From NCBI GenBank assembly GCA_029287595.1, contig JARFQU010000035.1, forward strand, positions 88 to 64,087: DNA of 64,000 nucleotides. Direction: 5' to 3'. Position numbers and translations under genes: made by a program. How positions within the stretch are numbered: the first letter of the stretch is position 1; the number at the start of each line of letters is the position of its first letter. Positions 52,658 through 63,962 of this stretch are shown here, in pieces. The DNA is from Halioglobus sp. (GTDB lineage: Bacteria > Pseudomonadota > Gammaproteobacteria > Pseudomonadales > Halieaceae). The notes under the pieces are model-generated. The model did no database searches. It had not been told where the DNA came from and saw only the letters and a program-made list of their open reading frames with translations.

Positions 52658-53803
52658 ATGACCACACCGGTTGCCAAGGCAGAGCCCCGGCCCATCGTTA
52701 ACCTGATGGGCCTGTCGCTGCGCCAGATGGAGCAGTTCTTCCTGGATATCGGGGAGAAGAAGTTCCGTGCGCAACAGGTTCTCAAGTGGATACATCATGC
52801 CGGTGTCGACGACATCGAAGAGATGACCAATCTTGGCAAGGCGCTGCGCGAAAAACTGCTGCGTATAGCCGAGGTCCGCCCGCCGGAGATTGTCAGCCAA
52901 CACGACTCCAGCGACGGTACCCGCAAGTGGGCGATTCGCGTGGACGGTGGCGGCCTGGTGGAGACGGTGCTTATTCCCGATGGCTCTCGCGCCACCCTTT
53001 GCGTTTCCTCGCAAGTGGGTTGCAGTCTCGACTGCAGCTTTTGCTCTACCGGCAAGCAGGGTTTCCAGCGTGACCTGAGCGCGGCGGAGATAATCGGTCA
53101 GGTGTGGCTGGCGATAAAGTCCTATGATGCGTTCCAGTCCGGCAATGGCCGGGTGGTCACCAATGTGGTGATGATGGGAATGGGCGAGCCGCTGCTGAAT
53201 TTTGACAACGTGGTGGCCGCCATGGACCTCATGTTGGAGGACCTGGCCTACGGCATCTCCAAGCGCAGGGTAACCCTGAGTACCTCCGGTGTGGTCCCCG
53301 CGCTGGACCGTCTGGCTGAGGTCAGCGAAGTTTCACTGGCGATTTCCTTACACGCACCCAATGATGCCCTGCGCAGCCAGCTGGTGCCGATTAATCGCAA
53401 GTACCCCATCGATATGTTGCTGCGCAGTAGCCGTAACTATATAGCTGCCCAGAGGGATAAAAAGCGTGTGGTCACGGTGGAATATACCCTGATAGCCGGG
53501 GTCAATGACCAGCCGGAACACGCGCGGGAGTTGGCCGTACTGCTGCAGGATTTTCCCTGCAAGATCAACCTGATTCCCTTCAACAGCTTTCCCCAGTCCG
53601 ATTACCAGCGCCCCAGCGGCAATGCGGTATCGCGCTTCTGGCAAGTACTGGTGGATGCGGGCTATATTGTCACTGTGAGGACCACCCGCGGCGACGACAT
53701 TGATGCCGCCTGTGGCCAGTTGGTGGGGCAGGTGGTCGATCGCACGCGGCGCAGTGAACGCCACCGTGCCGCCGCAGAAACTCAAATAATTGAAGTGGGG
53801 TAG
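52658..53803 (+). CDS. rlmN: 23S rRNA/tRNA adenine-C2 methyltransferase RlmN (radical SAM)
   Basis: [11 protein letters not shown], radical-SAM [11 protein letters not shown] and C-terminal DIDAACGQL. Confidence 0.95.
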   Translation: MTTPVAKAEPRPIVNLMGLSLRQMEQFFLDIGEKKFRAQQVLKWIHHAGVDDIEEMTNLGKALREKLLRIAEVRPPEIVSQHDSSDGTRKWAIRVDGGGLVETVLIPDGSRATLCVSSQVGCSLDCSFCSTGKQGFQRDLSAAEIIGQVWLAIKSYDAFQSGNGRVVTNVVMMGMGEPLLNFDNVVAAMDLMLEDLAYGISKRRVTLSTSGVVPALDRLAEVSEVSLAISLHAPNDALRSQLVPINRKYPIDMLLRSSRNYIAAQRDKKRVVTVEYTLIAGVNDQPEHARELAVLLQDFPCKINLIPFNSFPQSDYQRPSGNAVSRFWQVLVDAGYIVTVRTTRGDDIDAACGQLVGQVVDRTRRSERHRAAAETQIIEVG

Positions 53804-53805
53804 GC

Positions 53806-54591
53806 GTGTTTAGCACTATGGAAACAAATCTCAAGCGCATTGGCGCACTGCTGCTGGTCCTGACTTGCACCGGCTGCATCACGACAACGGAAACAGTATT
53901 TACTGAAAAGGCGTCCCCTGAGAAAGCGCTGGAGCGGCGTGTGCAGCTGGCGCGAAACTATGTCGGCGAAGGCGATTATGAAAATGCCAAGCGCAACCTG
54001 AAGCTGGCCTACGAAATCGATCCCGATAATGCCGAGGTGCATGAGGCTTTTGGCCTGGTTTACCAGAGCACCGGTGAGATTGAATTGGCGGAGGAAAGTT
54101 TCAAGACCGCGATTCGCCTGGATAAGACCTTCTCCCGTGCGCGCAATAACTATGCGGCATTCCTGTATTCCCAGGAGCGTTATAAGGAGGCTGAGAAGCA
54201 ACTGGAGTACGTGGCGAGCGACACGCTGTACGACGGTCGCGCACGGGCTTTCGTAAACCTGGGCCTGTGCCGCCGCCAACTGTTTGATTCCCTGGGAGCT
54301 GAGGAGGCCTTCAAGCGCGCACTGGCAATGGATCGAACCAACCGTATAGCTTTGCTGGAATTGGCCGAGTTGCGATTTGAGGACGGAGATTTCGTCAACG
54401 CGGGTAAATATTACGATACCTACCGCACGGTGGCCCGGCAGCAATCAGCCCGTGGTTTATGGCTGGGCGTGCGCCTGGCCCGCGAGACGGGTGATCGTGA
54501 TGCCGAGGGCAGTTATGCCCTGGCGCTGAGTAACATGTATCCCGATTCTGTCGAGTTCCAGGCCTACCAACGGACCCAGCAGAGTGATTGA
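53806..54591 (+). CDS. pilW: Type IV pilus biogenesis/stability TPR lipoprotein PilW (PilF)
   Basis: Signal/lipoprotein N-terminus (LLLVLTCTGC) and TPR repeats (GDYENAKRNLKLAYEIDPDNAEVHEAFGLVYQ). It sits in the conserved rlmN-pilW-rodZ-ispG-hisS order. The start is GTG 53806 or ATG 53818. Confidence 0.85.
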   Translation: MFSTMETNLKRIGALLLVLTCTGCITTTETVFTEKASPEKALERRVQLARNYVGEGDYENAKRNLKLAYEIDPDNAEVHEAFGLVYQSTGEIELAEESFKTAIRLDKTFSRARNNYAAFLYSQERYKEAEKQLEYVASDTLYDGRARAFVNLGLCRRQLFDSLGAEEAFKRALAMDRTNRIALLELAELRFEDGDFVNAGKYYDTYRTVARQQSARGLWLGVRLARETGDRDAEGSYALALSNMYPDSVEFQAYQRTQQSD

Positions 54592-55066
54592 AGAGGCTCC
54601 CCAGCAGGTCGATGCATTTACCACTCCGGGCACGCTGTTAAAGGCGGCCAGGGAGAAAGAGGGCATGTCGGAGCGGGAGGCGGCAGACCGTCTCAATCTG
54701 ATGCCCGGCTATGTTGCCATACTGGAAAAGGATGATTACCAGGCGCTGCGTAGCCCCGCATTCGCGCGCGGCTATGTGAAGGCCTACGGCAAGATGTTGC
54801 ACCTCGATGAGCAGCAACTGTTGTCGCTGTACGATCAATTGGCCGCACCCAGTCAGGATAACGGCCAGAAAAGAGTTGAAACACGCCCATTGCAGTTGCA
54901 GCAAACCGGCGTGGGCGTGGTTATCGGCCTCACCGTGTTGGCCTTGTTGGTGTTGGGACTGTGGTGGTGGCAGGGTGACCGTGTTGAACGGGTGACGCAG
55001 TCCCAGGATGAGCCCGGCACGCAAACGCAAGCATTGCCCCAGACCGCGACAGCAGGTGAGCCATGA
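54584..55066 (+). CDS. RodZ-like HTH/TM protein, short form lacking the periplasmic C-terminal domain
   Basis: Xre-type HTH ([37 protein letters not shown]...[13 protein letters not shown]), one TM ([21 protein letters not shown]), then only ~33 residues. The stop overlaps the ispG ATG. Confidence 0.75.
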   Translation: MIEEAPQQVDAFTTPGTLLKAAREKEGMSEREAADRLNLMPGYVAILEKDDYQALRSPAFARGYVKAYGKMLHLDEQQLLSLYDQLAAPSQDNGQKRVETRPLQLQQTGVGVVIGLTVLALLVLGLWWWQGDRVERVTQSQDEPGTQTQALPQTATAGEP

Positions 55067-56193
55067 AAACGGAATCTCCAATCAAGCGCCGTGTTACCCG
55101 CAAGATCTATGTTGGTGAAGTGCCTGTGGGCGGCGATGCTCCGATCAGCGTGCAGAGCATGACCAATACGGAAACCTGCGACGTTGCCGCCACCGTGGCC
55201 CAGGTTCGCGCTATACAGGACGCGGGTGCGGATATCGTGCGGGTGTCGGTACCCAGCATGGAGGCAGCGGAAGCGTTTCGCGACATCCGCGCCCAGGTCA
55301 CCGTGCCGCTGGTGGCGGATATCCATTTTGACCACAAGATTGCGTTAAAGGTTGCTGAGTACGGGGTGGACTGCCTGCGCATCAACCCCGGTAACATCGG
55401 CCGTGACGACAAGGTGCGCGCGGTTATCGACAGCGCGCGGGATAAAGGTATCCCGATTCGTATCGGGGTCAACGCAGGTTCCCTGGGTAAGGACCTGCAG
55501 CGTAAATATGGCGAGCCCACCGCGGAAGCGCTGGTGGAGTCGGCCCTGCGCCATGTGGATATTCTCGACAAGTTTGACTACCAGGATTTCAAGGTCAGTG
55601 TGAAGGCCTCCGAGGTGTTCATGGCAGTGGAGGCCTATCGTCTGCTGTCGCAACAGATCGAGCAGCCCCTGCACCTGGGCATTACCGAGGCGGGCGGGCT
55701 GCGCGGCGGCACGGTTAAATCTGCTGTAGGCCTGGGTATGCTGTTGATGGATGGCATTGGCGACACGCTGCGGGTATCCCTGGCGGCGGACCCGGTGGAA
55801 GAGGTGAAGGTCGGTTTTGAAATCCTCAAGAGCCTCAAATTGCGCACCAATGGCATCAACTTCATTGCCTGCCCCAGTTGTTCGCGCCAGAACTTCGATG
55901 TCATTGGCACGATGAACACACTGGAACAGCGTTTGGAAGATATACGCACACCTATGGATGTCGCGGTGATCGGCTGTATCGTCAACGGCCCCGGCGAGGC
56001 GCGCGAAGCGGATGTGGGTTTGACCGGGGCGACACCCAGCAACCTGATCTACGTGGCAGGGGAGCCGGATCACAAAGTCAGTAACGAGGACTTTGTCGAT
56101 CACCTGGAGCAGGTGATCAGGCAGCGCGCCACCGAACTGGAGTGTGAGCGCGCCACCGCGGAAGAGCAGTTGATTGCGAAATCTTCTAGCTGA
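55063..56193 (+). CDS. ispG: 4-hydroxy-3-methylbut-2-en-1-yl diphosphate synthase
   Basis: VQSMTNT, and [4Fe-4S] ligands in ACPSCSR and GCIVNGPGE. Confidence 0.96.
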   Translation: MKTESPIKRRVTRKIYVGEVPVGGDAPISVQSMTNTETCDVAATVAQVRAIQDAGADIVRVSVPSMEAAEAFRDIRAQVTVPLVADIHFDHKIALKVAEYGVDCLRINPGNIGRDDKVRAVIDSARDKGIPIRIGVNAGSLGKDLQRKYGEPTAEALVESALRHVDILDKFDYQDFKVSVKASEVFMAVEAYRLLSQQIEQPLHLGITEAGGLRGGTVKSAVGLGMLLMDGIGDTLRVSLAADPVEEVKVGFEILKSLKLRTNGINFIACPSCSRQNFDVIGTMNTLEQRLEDIRTPMDVAVIGCIVNGPGEAREADVGLTGATPSNLIYVAGEPDHKVSNEDFVDHLEQVIRQRATELECERATAEEQLIAKSSS

Positions 56194-56219
56194 GCGCCGC
56201 GGTACATACTGGAGAACAT

Positions 56220-57515
56220 GTGAGTAATATCAGAGCCATCCGCGGGATGAACGATATCCTGCCGGTTGATACGCCCTATTGGCAGTACCTGGAGCGCACC
56301 GTCGAGCGTGTGCTGGGCAGCTATGGTTATGGCGAAATTCGCCTGCCGGTGGTGGAGCAGACTGAACTGTTCAAACGCTCTATCGGCGAAGTGACCGATA
56401 TCGTCGAGAAAGAGATGTATTCATTCGACGACCGCAATGGCGAAAGCCTTACCCTGCGCCCGGAAGGCACCGCCGGTTGCGTACGCGCGGCCATACAACA
56501 GGGTCTGCTGGGTGTCCCGCAGCGTCTGTGGTACGCCGGCCCGATGTTTCGTTATGAGCGACCACAGAAGGGCCGCCAACGCCAGTTTCACCAGATCGGC
56601 GTGGAAGCATTCGGCGTCGCAACACCTGATATGGACGCCGAGCTGATCCTGGTAAGCGCCAGGCTGTGGCGCCAGCTGGGCGTAGAGGACAGTGTGGAAT
56701 TGCAGCTCAATTCCATTGGCAGTCCCGCGGCGCGTCAGGCCTATCGCAGCGCGCTGGTTGCTTACCTGGAACAACATCGGGAAGCGCTGGATGAAGACAG
56801 TCAGCGGCGCCTGGACACCAATCCACTGCGTATTCTCGACAGCAAGAACCCGGATACCCAGGCGCTGCTGAATGGGGCACCGGAACTGGTGGCCTACCTG
56901 GACGATGAGTCCCGGGAAGATTTCGACCGACTGTGTGCACTGCTGGACGCGGCGGGTATTTCCTACGTAATAAACCCGCGCCTGGTGCGTGGCCTGGATT
57001 ACTACAACAAGACCGTGTTCGAGTGGGTCACGCAGCGCCTGGGCGCCCAGGGTACGGTGTGTGCCGGCGGCCGCTATGATGGCCTGGTAGCCCAGCTGGG
57101 CGGCAAGGCTACCCCCGGGGTAGGTTTTGCCATGGGCATGGAGCGCCTGGTGCTGTTGTTGCAGGAGATCGGTGCAGCGGGTGCCGTGGCAGCAACCGTT
57201 GACGTGTACGTGATAAGCGCCGGCGATGATGCGCAGCGTGCCGCGTTGGCCGCGACAGAGCAATTGCGCTTGCAAATGCCGGAACTGAATATTATCCAGC
57301 ACACCGGTGGCGGCAGTATAAAAAGCCAGCTGAAAAAAGCCGACAAGAGTGGTGCGCGGGTGGCGCTGATCTGGGGTGAAGATGAGGTGGCTGCTGGCAC
57401 GGTGACCATCAAGCCGCTGCGCGAGCAGGGGGGAGTGCGCCAGGCACAGCAATCGCTGCCGGTGCAACAAATACAGGCGGCGCTGCGTGCAGCGTTAGTC
57501 AGTGAGACTGAATAA
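56220..57515 (+). CDS. hisS: Histidine--tRNA ligase
   Basis: [33 protein letters not shown] start. Confidence 0.96.
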   Translation: MSNIRAIRGMNDILPVDTPYWQYLERTVERVLGSYGYGEIRLPVVEQTELFKRSIGEVTDIVEKEMYSFDDRNGESLTLRPEGTAGCVRAAIQQGLLGVPQRLWYAGPMFRYERPQKGRQRQFHQIGVEAFGVATPDMDAELILVSARLWRQLGVEDSVELQLNSIGSPAARQAYRSALVAYLEQHREALDEDSQRRLDTNPLRILDSKNPDTQALLNGAPELVAYLDDESREDFDRLCALLDAAGISYVINPRLVRGLDYYNKTVFEWVTQRLGAQGTVCAGGRYDGLVAQLGGKATPGVGFAMGMERLVLLLQEIGAAGAVAATVDVYVISAGDDAQRAALAATEQLRLQMPELNIIQHTGGGSIKSQLKKADKSGARVALIWGEDEVAAGTVTIKPLREQGGVRQAQQSLPVQQIQAALRAALVSETE

Positions 57516-57529
57516 GAGGAATAGTCGAC

Positions 57530-58285
57530 GTGGATCAGTACCGTACAGAAGAGGAACAAGTTGAAGCTCTGCGCCGTTGGTGGAGCGAAAATGGACGCTC
57601 CATTTTCGCTGCCATTATCATCGCCGGGTCCCTGAGCTTCGCCTACCAGACCTGGAAGGGCAGCGTAGAAACCAAACAGCAGGACGCCTCGGACCTGTAC
57701 CAGGCGATGTTGCAACTGGTAAGCAGTGCCGATGCCAGCCCGTCACAGCAGCAGCAGGGTATTGCGTTGGGCGAACAGCTCAAATCGGATTTCAGTGGCA
57801 CGACCTATGCCCAGTTCGCCGCCCTGCACCTGGCGCGAATCGCGGTTGCCGAAAACGACCTGGCTGCGGCCGAGGAACAGTTGCGCTGGGTGCTCGGGGA
57901 GGCCAGCAAGGGCAGTGATACAGCCCAATTGGCACAGCTCAGGCTGGCGCGAGTGCTGGCGGCTTCCGGGGATAGCGACCAGGCGCTTGCTGTGCTTGAC
58001 TCACAGGAGCAGGGGACTTACCAGGCTTCCTATGCCATTGCCCGCGGGGATATCCTGCTTGGCCAGGGTAAAACAGAAGATGCCCGATTGTCCTACGCTG
58101 AGGCTCTGTCCCTGGCTGCCGTAAGCCCCGGACAGGTCAACCTGGCGACACTGCAGCAGAAACTGCAGGCCCTCAGCCCGGTCCCCGCGCGAGAGCTGGC
58201 AATACCAGAAGTGGAGACGCCCGAGGCGGTGGAACTGGAACCCGTGATAGACGAAATTGCCACCCCCGAAGAGCAGGAGGACTGA
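57530..58285 (+). CDS. YfgM-family TPR membrane protein (ancillary SecYEG subunit-like)
   Basis: EEEQVEALRRWWSENGRSIFAAIIIAGSLSFAY N-terminal anchor plus a TPR-like body. It sits in the conserved position between hisS and bamB. GTG start. Confidence 0.85.
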   Translation: MDQYRTEEEQVEALRRWWSENGRSIFAAIIIAGSLSFAYQTWKGSVETKQQDASDLYQAMLQLVSSADASPSQQQQGIALGEQLKSDFSGTTYAQFAALHLARIAVAENDLAAAEEQLRWVLGEASKGSDTAQLAQLRLARVLAASGDSDQALAVLDSQEQGTYQASYAIARGDILLGQGKTEDARLSYAEALSLAAVSPGQVNLATLQQKLQALSPVPARELAIPEVETPEAVELEPVIDEIATPEEQED

Positions 58286-58289
58286 CGTC

Positions 58290-59465
58290 GTGCGACAGCA
58301 ATTGAAGTGGCTTGTAACGCTGGCGATGGTATTCAGTCTGATGGGCTGCAGCACGATTTCCGGCTGGTTTGATTCTGATGATGAAGACCCCAAGCAACCC
58401 GTGGAACTGGAACGTATTACCCAGACGGTAAAGATCAAGCGGCTCTGGTCAGCCGGGGTTGGCGATGGCCAGGGAGACGGTTTCTATCGTCTGCAGCCGG
58501 TGATTGACGGTGACAGGATCTACGCCGCCTCCGCCGAAGGCGAGGTCGCAGCTTTCGAGCGCAGCCGTGGCAAGAAGCTGTGGAAGGCGGATATGGATAC
58601 GCAGTTATCGGGCGGCGTCGGTGTTTACGGTGATGCCCTGCTGTTGGGCAGCAGTGACGGCTTTGTGATCAAGGTCGATGCCAATACCGGAGAGCAACTG
58701 TGGAACACCCGACTGACCGGGGAGATTCTTGCGGCGCCCCAGGGTAATGGCCGGGTGGTGGTCGCCCAGACCTATGACGGCAAACTGCAGGGTCTGGATT
58801 TCGACAGCGGCGAGAAGCTGTGGACTTATGACAGCAATGTACCGGTGTTGACGATACGCGGTACCAATACGCCCATCCTGCGTGACAATACGGTTTACAC
58901 CGGTTTTGCCAATGGCCGCGTGGTCGCCTTCGATGCAATAACCGGTGCCGTGCGCTGGGAAGTGCGGGTGGCGATCTCCCAGGGGCGTTCTGAAATCGAA
59001 CGTATAGTCGACGTGGACGGCAGCATGGCACTGGTAGGGAACGAACTCTACGCGGCCAGTTACCAGGGCAGGGTTGTTGCTATTGATGTTACCAATGGCC
59101 GTAAGTTATGGCAGCAGGATATATCCTCATTTTCCGGTGTTTCCCAGGGCTTTGGTAACGTCTATGTGGCGGATGAAGATGGCTCTTTAAATGCCTATCT
59201 GCGCAATGGCCAGGGTTTGCGTTGGACCCAGGGGGCGCTGGGGTATCGCCAGTTGTCCCGTCCCACCCCGGTAAGCAGCTATGTGGCGGTGGCGGATTTC
59301 GAAGGTATTGTGCACATCATCTCCCAGGTGGACGGCGAATTTGCCGGCCGGGTGAAGGCAGACGGAGACGGGGTGCGCGCGGACATGCTCAGCGATGGCA
59401 ATACACTTTATGTATTCGGTAACAGTGGCAAACTTGTCGCCTATGAGATCACTGCGAAAAACTGA
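58290..59465 (+). CDS. bamB: Outer membrane protein assembly factor BamB
   Basis: Lipobox VFSLMGC and PQQ-like beta-propeller repeats (repeated G.L.A.D..TG...W pattern). GGAGG lies 9 nt upstream of GTG 58290. The track's 58257 start overlaps the upstream gene. Confidence 0.9.
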   Translation: MRQQLKWLVTLAMVFSLMGCSTISGWFDSDDEDPKQPVELERITQTVKIKRLWSAGVGDGQGDGFYRLQPVIDGDRIYAASAEGEVAAFERSRGKKLWKADMDTQLSGGVGVYGDALLLGSSDGFVIKVDANTGEQLWNTRLTGEILAAPQGNGRVVVAQTYDGKLQGLDFDSGEKLWTYDSNVPVLTIRGTNTPILRDNTVYTGFANGRVVAFDAITGAVRWEVRVAISQGRSEIERIVDVDGSMALVGNELYAASYQGRVVAIDVTNGRKLWQQDISSFSGVSQGFGNVYVADEDGSLNAYLRNGQGLRWTQGALGYRQLSRPTPVSSYVAVADFEGIVHIISQVDGEFAGRVKADGDGVRADMLSDGNTLYVFGNSGKLVAYEITAKN

Positions 59466-60877
59466 TGATCCCCGTGATCGCCCTGGTCGGGCGCCCCAAT
59501 GTCGGCAAGTCGACGCTGTTCAACCAACTTACACGCAGCCGTGACGCGCTGGTAGCAAACCTGCCCGGCCTGACCCGGGACCGCAAGTACGGCGAAGCCA
59601 GAATCGGCAGTCGGCCCTTTGTCGTTATCGATACCGGTGGTATCAGTGGCGATGAAAAAGGTATCGATTCCCAGATGGCCGGACAATCCATGACGGCGAT
59701 CGAGGAAGCCGATGCGGTATTGTTTATGGTGGACGCCCGGGAGGGGCTTAACCCTACCGACGAGGCCCTGGCCCGCCACCTGCGCCAGAGGAACAAGGCA
59801 TTTCACCTGGTGGTCAACAAGATAGATGGCATCAATGAAGATGTCGCCACCAGCGAATTCTATGCCCTGGGGGTGGGCTCCATGTACGCCATAGCCGCCA
59901 GCCATGGCCGCGGCGTACGCAATATGATCGACAGCGTACTGCAGGATTTTCCCGAAGAGCAGGAGCGCGAAGAAGAACAGCCCTATCCCAACAGCACCCG
60001 GGTGGCTATTGTCGGGCGTCCCAACGTGGGTAAATCGACCCTGGTCAATCGCCTGCTGGGGGAAGAGCGGGTGGTGGTGTACGACGAGCCCGGAACAACC
60101 CGCGACAGTATTTATATCGATTTTGAACGCGGTGAACGGCAGTACACCCTGATCGATACTGCCGGCGTGCGACGGCGTAAGAATGTCAGGCAGACGGTAG
60201 AAAAATTTTCCATCGTAAAAACCCTGAAGGCCATCAGTGATGCGCACGTGGTGGTTCTGGTGATGGATGCACATGAAGGCATTGTCGACCAGGATATGCA
60301 CCTGCTGGGGCATTGCATCGATGCCGGACGCGGTCTGGTGCTGTCGGTTAACAAGTGGGATGGCATAGAGTCCGATCAGCGTGACTGGATCAAGTCGGAA
60401 CTGGAGCGTCGCCTGCAATTTGCCGATTACGCTGATGTGCACTATATCTCAGCATTGCACGGTACCGGGGTCGGGCATTTGTATAAATCCATTGACGCCG
60501 CTTACCAGTCTGCAACGCGCAAGCTGAGTACCAACCAATTGAACCTGATACTGGAGGGGGCCGTGTTTGACCATCCTCCACCCATGATCAATGGTCGGCG
60601 CATCAAGTTGCGTTATGTCCATGCGGGCGGCCAGAATCCACCCCTGATTATCATTCACGGCAACCAGACTGGTAATGTTCCCAACAACTACGTGCGCTAC
60701 CTGGAAAAGGTGTTCCGCCGGGAGCTGGAGCTGGTGGGTACACCGGTGCGTATTGAGTTTCGCAGCGGCGACAACCCCTTCGCGGAGAAACGCAACAAGC
60801 TCACCCAGCGCCAGGTGCAGCGCAAGCGGCGCCTGATGTCGCATGTGAAGAAAAATAAAAAGAGTAAAAAGAAGTAG
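59465..60877 (+). CDS. der: Ribosome-associated GTPase Der (EngA)
   Basis: Two G domains ([12 protein letters not shown] and [12 protein letters not shown]), a KH-like domain and a Lys-rich tail. Confidence 0.96.
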   Translation: MIPVIALVGRPNVGKSTLFNQLTRSRDALVANLPGLTRDRKYGEARIGSRPFVVIDTGGISGDEKGIDSQMAGQSMTAIEEADAVLFMVDAREGLNPTDEALARHLRQRNKAFHLVVNKIDGINEDVATSEFYALGVGSMYAIAASHGRGVRNMIDSVLQDFPEEQEREEEQPYPNSTRVAIVGRPNVGKSTLVNRLLGEERVVVYDEPGTTRDSIYIDFERGERQYTLIDTAGVRRRKNVRQTVEKFSIVKTLKAISDAHVVVLVMDAHEGIVDQDMHLLGHCIDAGRGLVLSVNKWDGIESDQRDWIKSELERRLQFADYADVHYISALHGTGVGHLYKSIDAAYQSATRKLSTNQLNLILEGAVFDHPPPMINGRRIKLRYVHAGGQNPPLIIIHGNQTGNVPNNYVRYLEKVFRRELELVGTPVRIEFRSGDNPFAEKRNKLTQRQVQRKRRLMSHVKKNKKSKKK

Positions 60878-60881
60878 TCCT

Positions 60882-61292
60882 ATGGTCGCTGGCAAAGACA
60901 AGCCAGATATGGATACGCGGCAGAATATAGAATTGTTCGTCGACCGCTTTTACCAGCGCCTGCTTAAAGACGAACAGCTCGCCCCTATATTTGTCGATGT
61001 GGCCCAGATTGACCTCGCGGTGCACCTGCCTCACATCAAGGACTACTGGTGTAAGCTACTGCTGGGAGAGCAGTCCTATCAACGGCATACCATGAACATT
61101 CACCGGCAGTTGCACGGCAAGCGCGAGTTACATCCGGATGACTTCCAGCGCTGGTTGTCATTCTTTATCCGCACTGTCGATGAAAATTTTGCCGGTGAGC
61201 GCGCGGAGCGCGCCAAGCGGGTAGCTACCGCTATCGCCGCGAACATGGCAAAGAGCCTGTCAATCGATCCCACTAAAGTGGACCAGCAGTGA
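60882..61292 (+). CDS. Truncated hemoglobin (group III-like globin)
   Basis: FVDRFYQRLLKDEQLAPIF...HIKDYWCKLLLGEQSYQR...H...FQRWLSFF follows the trHb pattern (F-Y...D..L.PiF...W...LG...Y.G.....H....F..WL.LF) seen in Campylobacter Ctb as I recall it. Confidence 0.7.
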   Translation: MVAGKDKPDMDTRQNIELFVDRFYQRLLKDEQLAPIFVDVAQIDLAVHLPHIKDYWCKLLLGEQSYQRHTMNIHRQLHGKRELHPDDFQRWLSFFIRTVDENFAGERAERAKRVATAIAANMAKSLSIDPTKVDQQ

Positions 61293-62152
61293 GTCAGGTA
61301 ATTAAGGCCAGTGGTGTCAGTCGCAGCTTCGGTAACGTCAAGGCAGTGGATGGCGTGGATTTTCGGGTTGAGAGCGGCTCCATCATCGGTTTGATCGGCC
61401 CCAACGGTGCCGGCAAGACCACCCTGTTACGCGCGCTGCTGGGACTGACCCGCTACCGGGGTGATATCGATGTGTTGGGTTACAGCCCGCTGCGGCAACG
61501 CGCTCAGGTCATGGAGCAGGTCTGTTTTATTGCCGATACCGCGGTGTTGCCGCGCTGGATGCGTGTAGCGCAGTTGCTGGATTACGTGGCGGGGGTGCAC
61601 CCGCGCTTTGATCGCGAGCACGCACAGGCGTTGCTCGCTGACACAGACGTGGCGCTAACGCGCCATGTGGGCAACCTGTCCAAGGGCATGGTGGTGCAGC
61701 TGCACCTGGCACTGGTCATGGCGATAGACGCCCGCCTGCTGATTCTCGACGAGCCCACCCTGGGGCTGGATATCCTGTTTCGCAAACGTTTCTTTGAGCA
61801 GATCCTGGCAGATTACCACCACAGCGAACGCACCATTATTATCTCCACCCACCAGGTGGAAGAAGTGGAAAATATTCTCACCGATGTGATGTTTATGGAT
61901 CGGGGAAAACTGCTGTTGCAGCAGTCTATGGCGGATATTGCCGGACAGTATGTGGAGTTGCATGCGCTGGGAGAGAATGTGCACAAGGCCAGGGGTATTC
62001 CTCACCTGGGGCAGCGCGTGATCCCCTCTGGTGTGGCATTTATCTACCGGGGCATACAGCCAGACCTGCTGGCACCTTTGGGAGAACTGCGCACACCCAC
62101 GGTGGCGGACTTGTTCGTGGCGATACTGACCGGGGAGGGCACCGATGGCTGA
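61289..62152 (+). CDS. ABC transporter ATP-binding protein (ABC-2 type)
   Basis: Walker A GPNGAGKTT, signature LSKGM, Walker B LLILDEPT and H-loop STHQ. The GTG start overlaps the globin stop. Confidence 0.9.
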   Translation: MSQVIKASGVSRSFGNVKAVDGVDFRVESGSIIGLIGPNGAGKTTLLRALLGLTRYRGDIDVLGYSPLRQRAQVMEQVCFIADTAVLPRWMRVAQLLDYVAGVHPRFDREHAQALLADTDVALTRHVGNLSKGMVVQLHLALVMAIDARLLILDEPTLGLDILFRKRFFEQILADYHHSERTIIISTHQVEEVENILTDVMFMDRGKLLLQQSMADIAGQYVELHALGENVHKARGIPHLGQRVIPSGVAFIYRGIQPDLLAPLGELRTPTVADLFVAILTGEGTDG

Positions 62153-63134
62153 AGGGCGCTCGCAAACGTACATCACCCTGGTGCTGCGTGAATTGCAGGA
62201 GTACCGCACTTCGCTGTGCTGGACGCCACTGGTGCTGGTGATGACCTTGTGCGGTGTGCTGCTGGTTGCCGTGTTGCTGGCGGATCATATCAGCGCCATT
62301 GGCGAGTCGGTCTCCCAGGTGCTGCCCTCCCGCGATGAAGCCGGCAATATCAGTATTCGTATCGACAGCAGCGTGGATGGAGAACCCGCGCTGGAGTACC
62401 GGCTTGAGCAAACGCCTGCTGCGCCCGGTAATCTGAACCCCGGTAGTGTAGGCCAGGAGCAGCCGGAAGTGCTCGCCGGCACGCTCAACCCCTTGCTGCA
62501 GGGCATCCACAACCTGTTCCTTTTTATCCTGATCCTGGTGTGTGCCAATTACCTGCTGGCAACGCTGTTTAATGACCGGCGCGACCGCAGCGTCCTGTTC
62601 TGGAAATCCATGCCGGTGTCCGAATGGGAAGAGGTGCTGGCCAAGTTCTCAGTGGCGATCCTGGTGACTCCGGCCCTGTATTTTATCGCCTCACTGCTGG
62701 CCCAGGTGATGTGCCTGCTGCTGGGCATGCTGCTGTTATGGCGCATGGAGATGGATCCTTATGCGCTGGTGCTGGCCAGGGTCGACGGTGCGACACTCAT
62801 CCTGGGGCAACTCGGGGGCTTCGCGTTGATGGCATTGTGGTTGGCGCCCAGCTACGCCTGGTTATTGTTCGCCTCTGCGGGCGCCCGGCGCTCGCCCTTT
62901 ATGCTGGCCGCGGGGCCCCTGCTGGCATTTATACTCGGTGAGAGGATTTTCCTGGGCACGTCTCACCTGGCAACGGTACTGAGTCGTCACCTGCCGCACT
63001 ATTCCGGTGGCGGTTACGCCGGCTTTTCCTGGCTGGGAGCTGCAGATATTCCGCAAATGATTCTGGGTCTGTTATTTACGCTCGCCGCGCTGGCAGGTGC
63101 GGTGTATCTGCGGCGTTACTATTTCGAGCTGTGA
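62145..63134 (+). CDS. ABC-2-type polytopic membrane (permease-like) protein
   Basis: 329 aa with multiple hydrophobic segments and a large first extracytoplasmic loop. An 8-bp overlap joins it to the ATPase gene. No specific family recognised. Confidence 0.7.
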   Translation: MAEGRSQTYITLVLRELQEYRTSLCWTPLVLVMTLCGVLLVAVLLADHISAIGESVSQVLPSRDEAGNISIRIDSSVDGEPALEYRLEQTPAAPGNLNPGSVGQEQPEVLAGTLNPLLQGIHNLFLFILILVCANYLLATLFNDRRDRSVLFWKSMPVSEWEEVLAKFSVAILVTPALYFIASLLAQVMCLLLGMLLLWRMEMDPYALVLARVDGATLILGQLGGFALMALWLAPSYAWLLFASAGARRSPFMLAAGPLLAFILGERIFLGTSHLATVLSRHLPHYSGGGYAGFSWLGAADIPQMILGLLFTLAALAGAVYLRRYYFEL

Positions 63135-63173
63135 TTTTGGCATGGCCCCGCTGGGGCGCCAGGCCCATTCCAG

Positions 63174-63962
63174 TTAAAGAAATTCGCGTAGAGCGTCCAG
63201 CAGCAGATTCGGCGCCTCGGTCATCAGCGAGTGGCCTGCATCCTCCAGAACCACTACGCGTGGATCGGGCAGTGCCTGCTGCAAGGGAGGGGTGCCGCGT
63301 AGCGGTGTCAGGCGGTCGCCTTTGCCCAGCACCATCAGCACCGGGCAGCGCACCGTTGCAGCGCGTTCCAGGCCTGCGCTATAGGTATTACAAGCGCTCA
63401 TGTCGTTGTGCAAAACATGGGGTCGGGAGCGCTCGTACAGGCGCAGGGTGCTGCCCACCATCCACATGCCGGGGTTGCTGTTGCCACCAAACAGATGGCG
63501 TTTACTGTAACCGTACTCGGTCAGCATGTTGAAAGCGGCGGGGTCATTCGCGGCGCAGGCGTCGAGAATGGCATCTGAAACCGGCATGGGTGCGGTAGAG
63601 CCGACCAGGGCGATAGCCCTCACGCGCTCGGGGTGGCGCGCTGCGCCATCCAGCGCAACCAGGCTGCCCATGCTGTGTCCGGCTACTGCTGCCTCGGAGA
63701 TGCCCAGGGTGTCCAGCAAAGCGATAACCCAGTCAGCCATCTCCTCGATACTGCCCAGCGGTTCACCGTCAGAGCGGCCGTGACCGGGCAAGTCTACGGC
63801 GATGACATTGCGACCGTGGCGGGCAAAGTGGCGGGAAAACAGGGTCCATACGGTATGGTCCATGCCGGAGCCGTGAACGAACACTACGCTGTCCTTGTCC
63901 GGTTCAATCTCGCGATTATTGGTATAGCAGTAGGCACTGACGCCATCTACCTGGATCTTCAT
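63174..63962 (-). CDS. Alpha/beta hydrolase fold protein
   Basis: HGSGMDH oxyanion region, nucleophile elbow GHSMGS and C-terminal DAGHS (His). 262 aa. Confidence 0.88.
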   Translation of the reverse strand: MKIQVDGVSAYCYTNNREIEPDKDSVVFVHGSGMDHTVWTLFSRHFARHGRNVIAVDLPGHGRSDGEPLGSIEEMADWVIALLDTLGISEAAVAGHSMGSLVALDGAARHPERVRAIALVGSTAPMPVSDAILDACAANDPAAFNMLTEYGYSKRHLFGGNSNPGMWMVGSTLRLYERSRPHVLHNDMSACNTYSAGLERAATVRCPVLMVLGKGDRLTPLRGTPPLQQALPDPRVVVLEDAGHSLMTEAPNLLLDALREFL

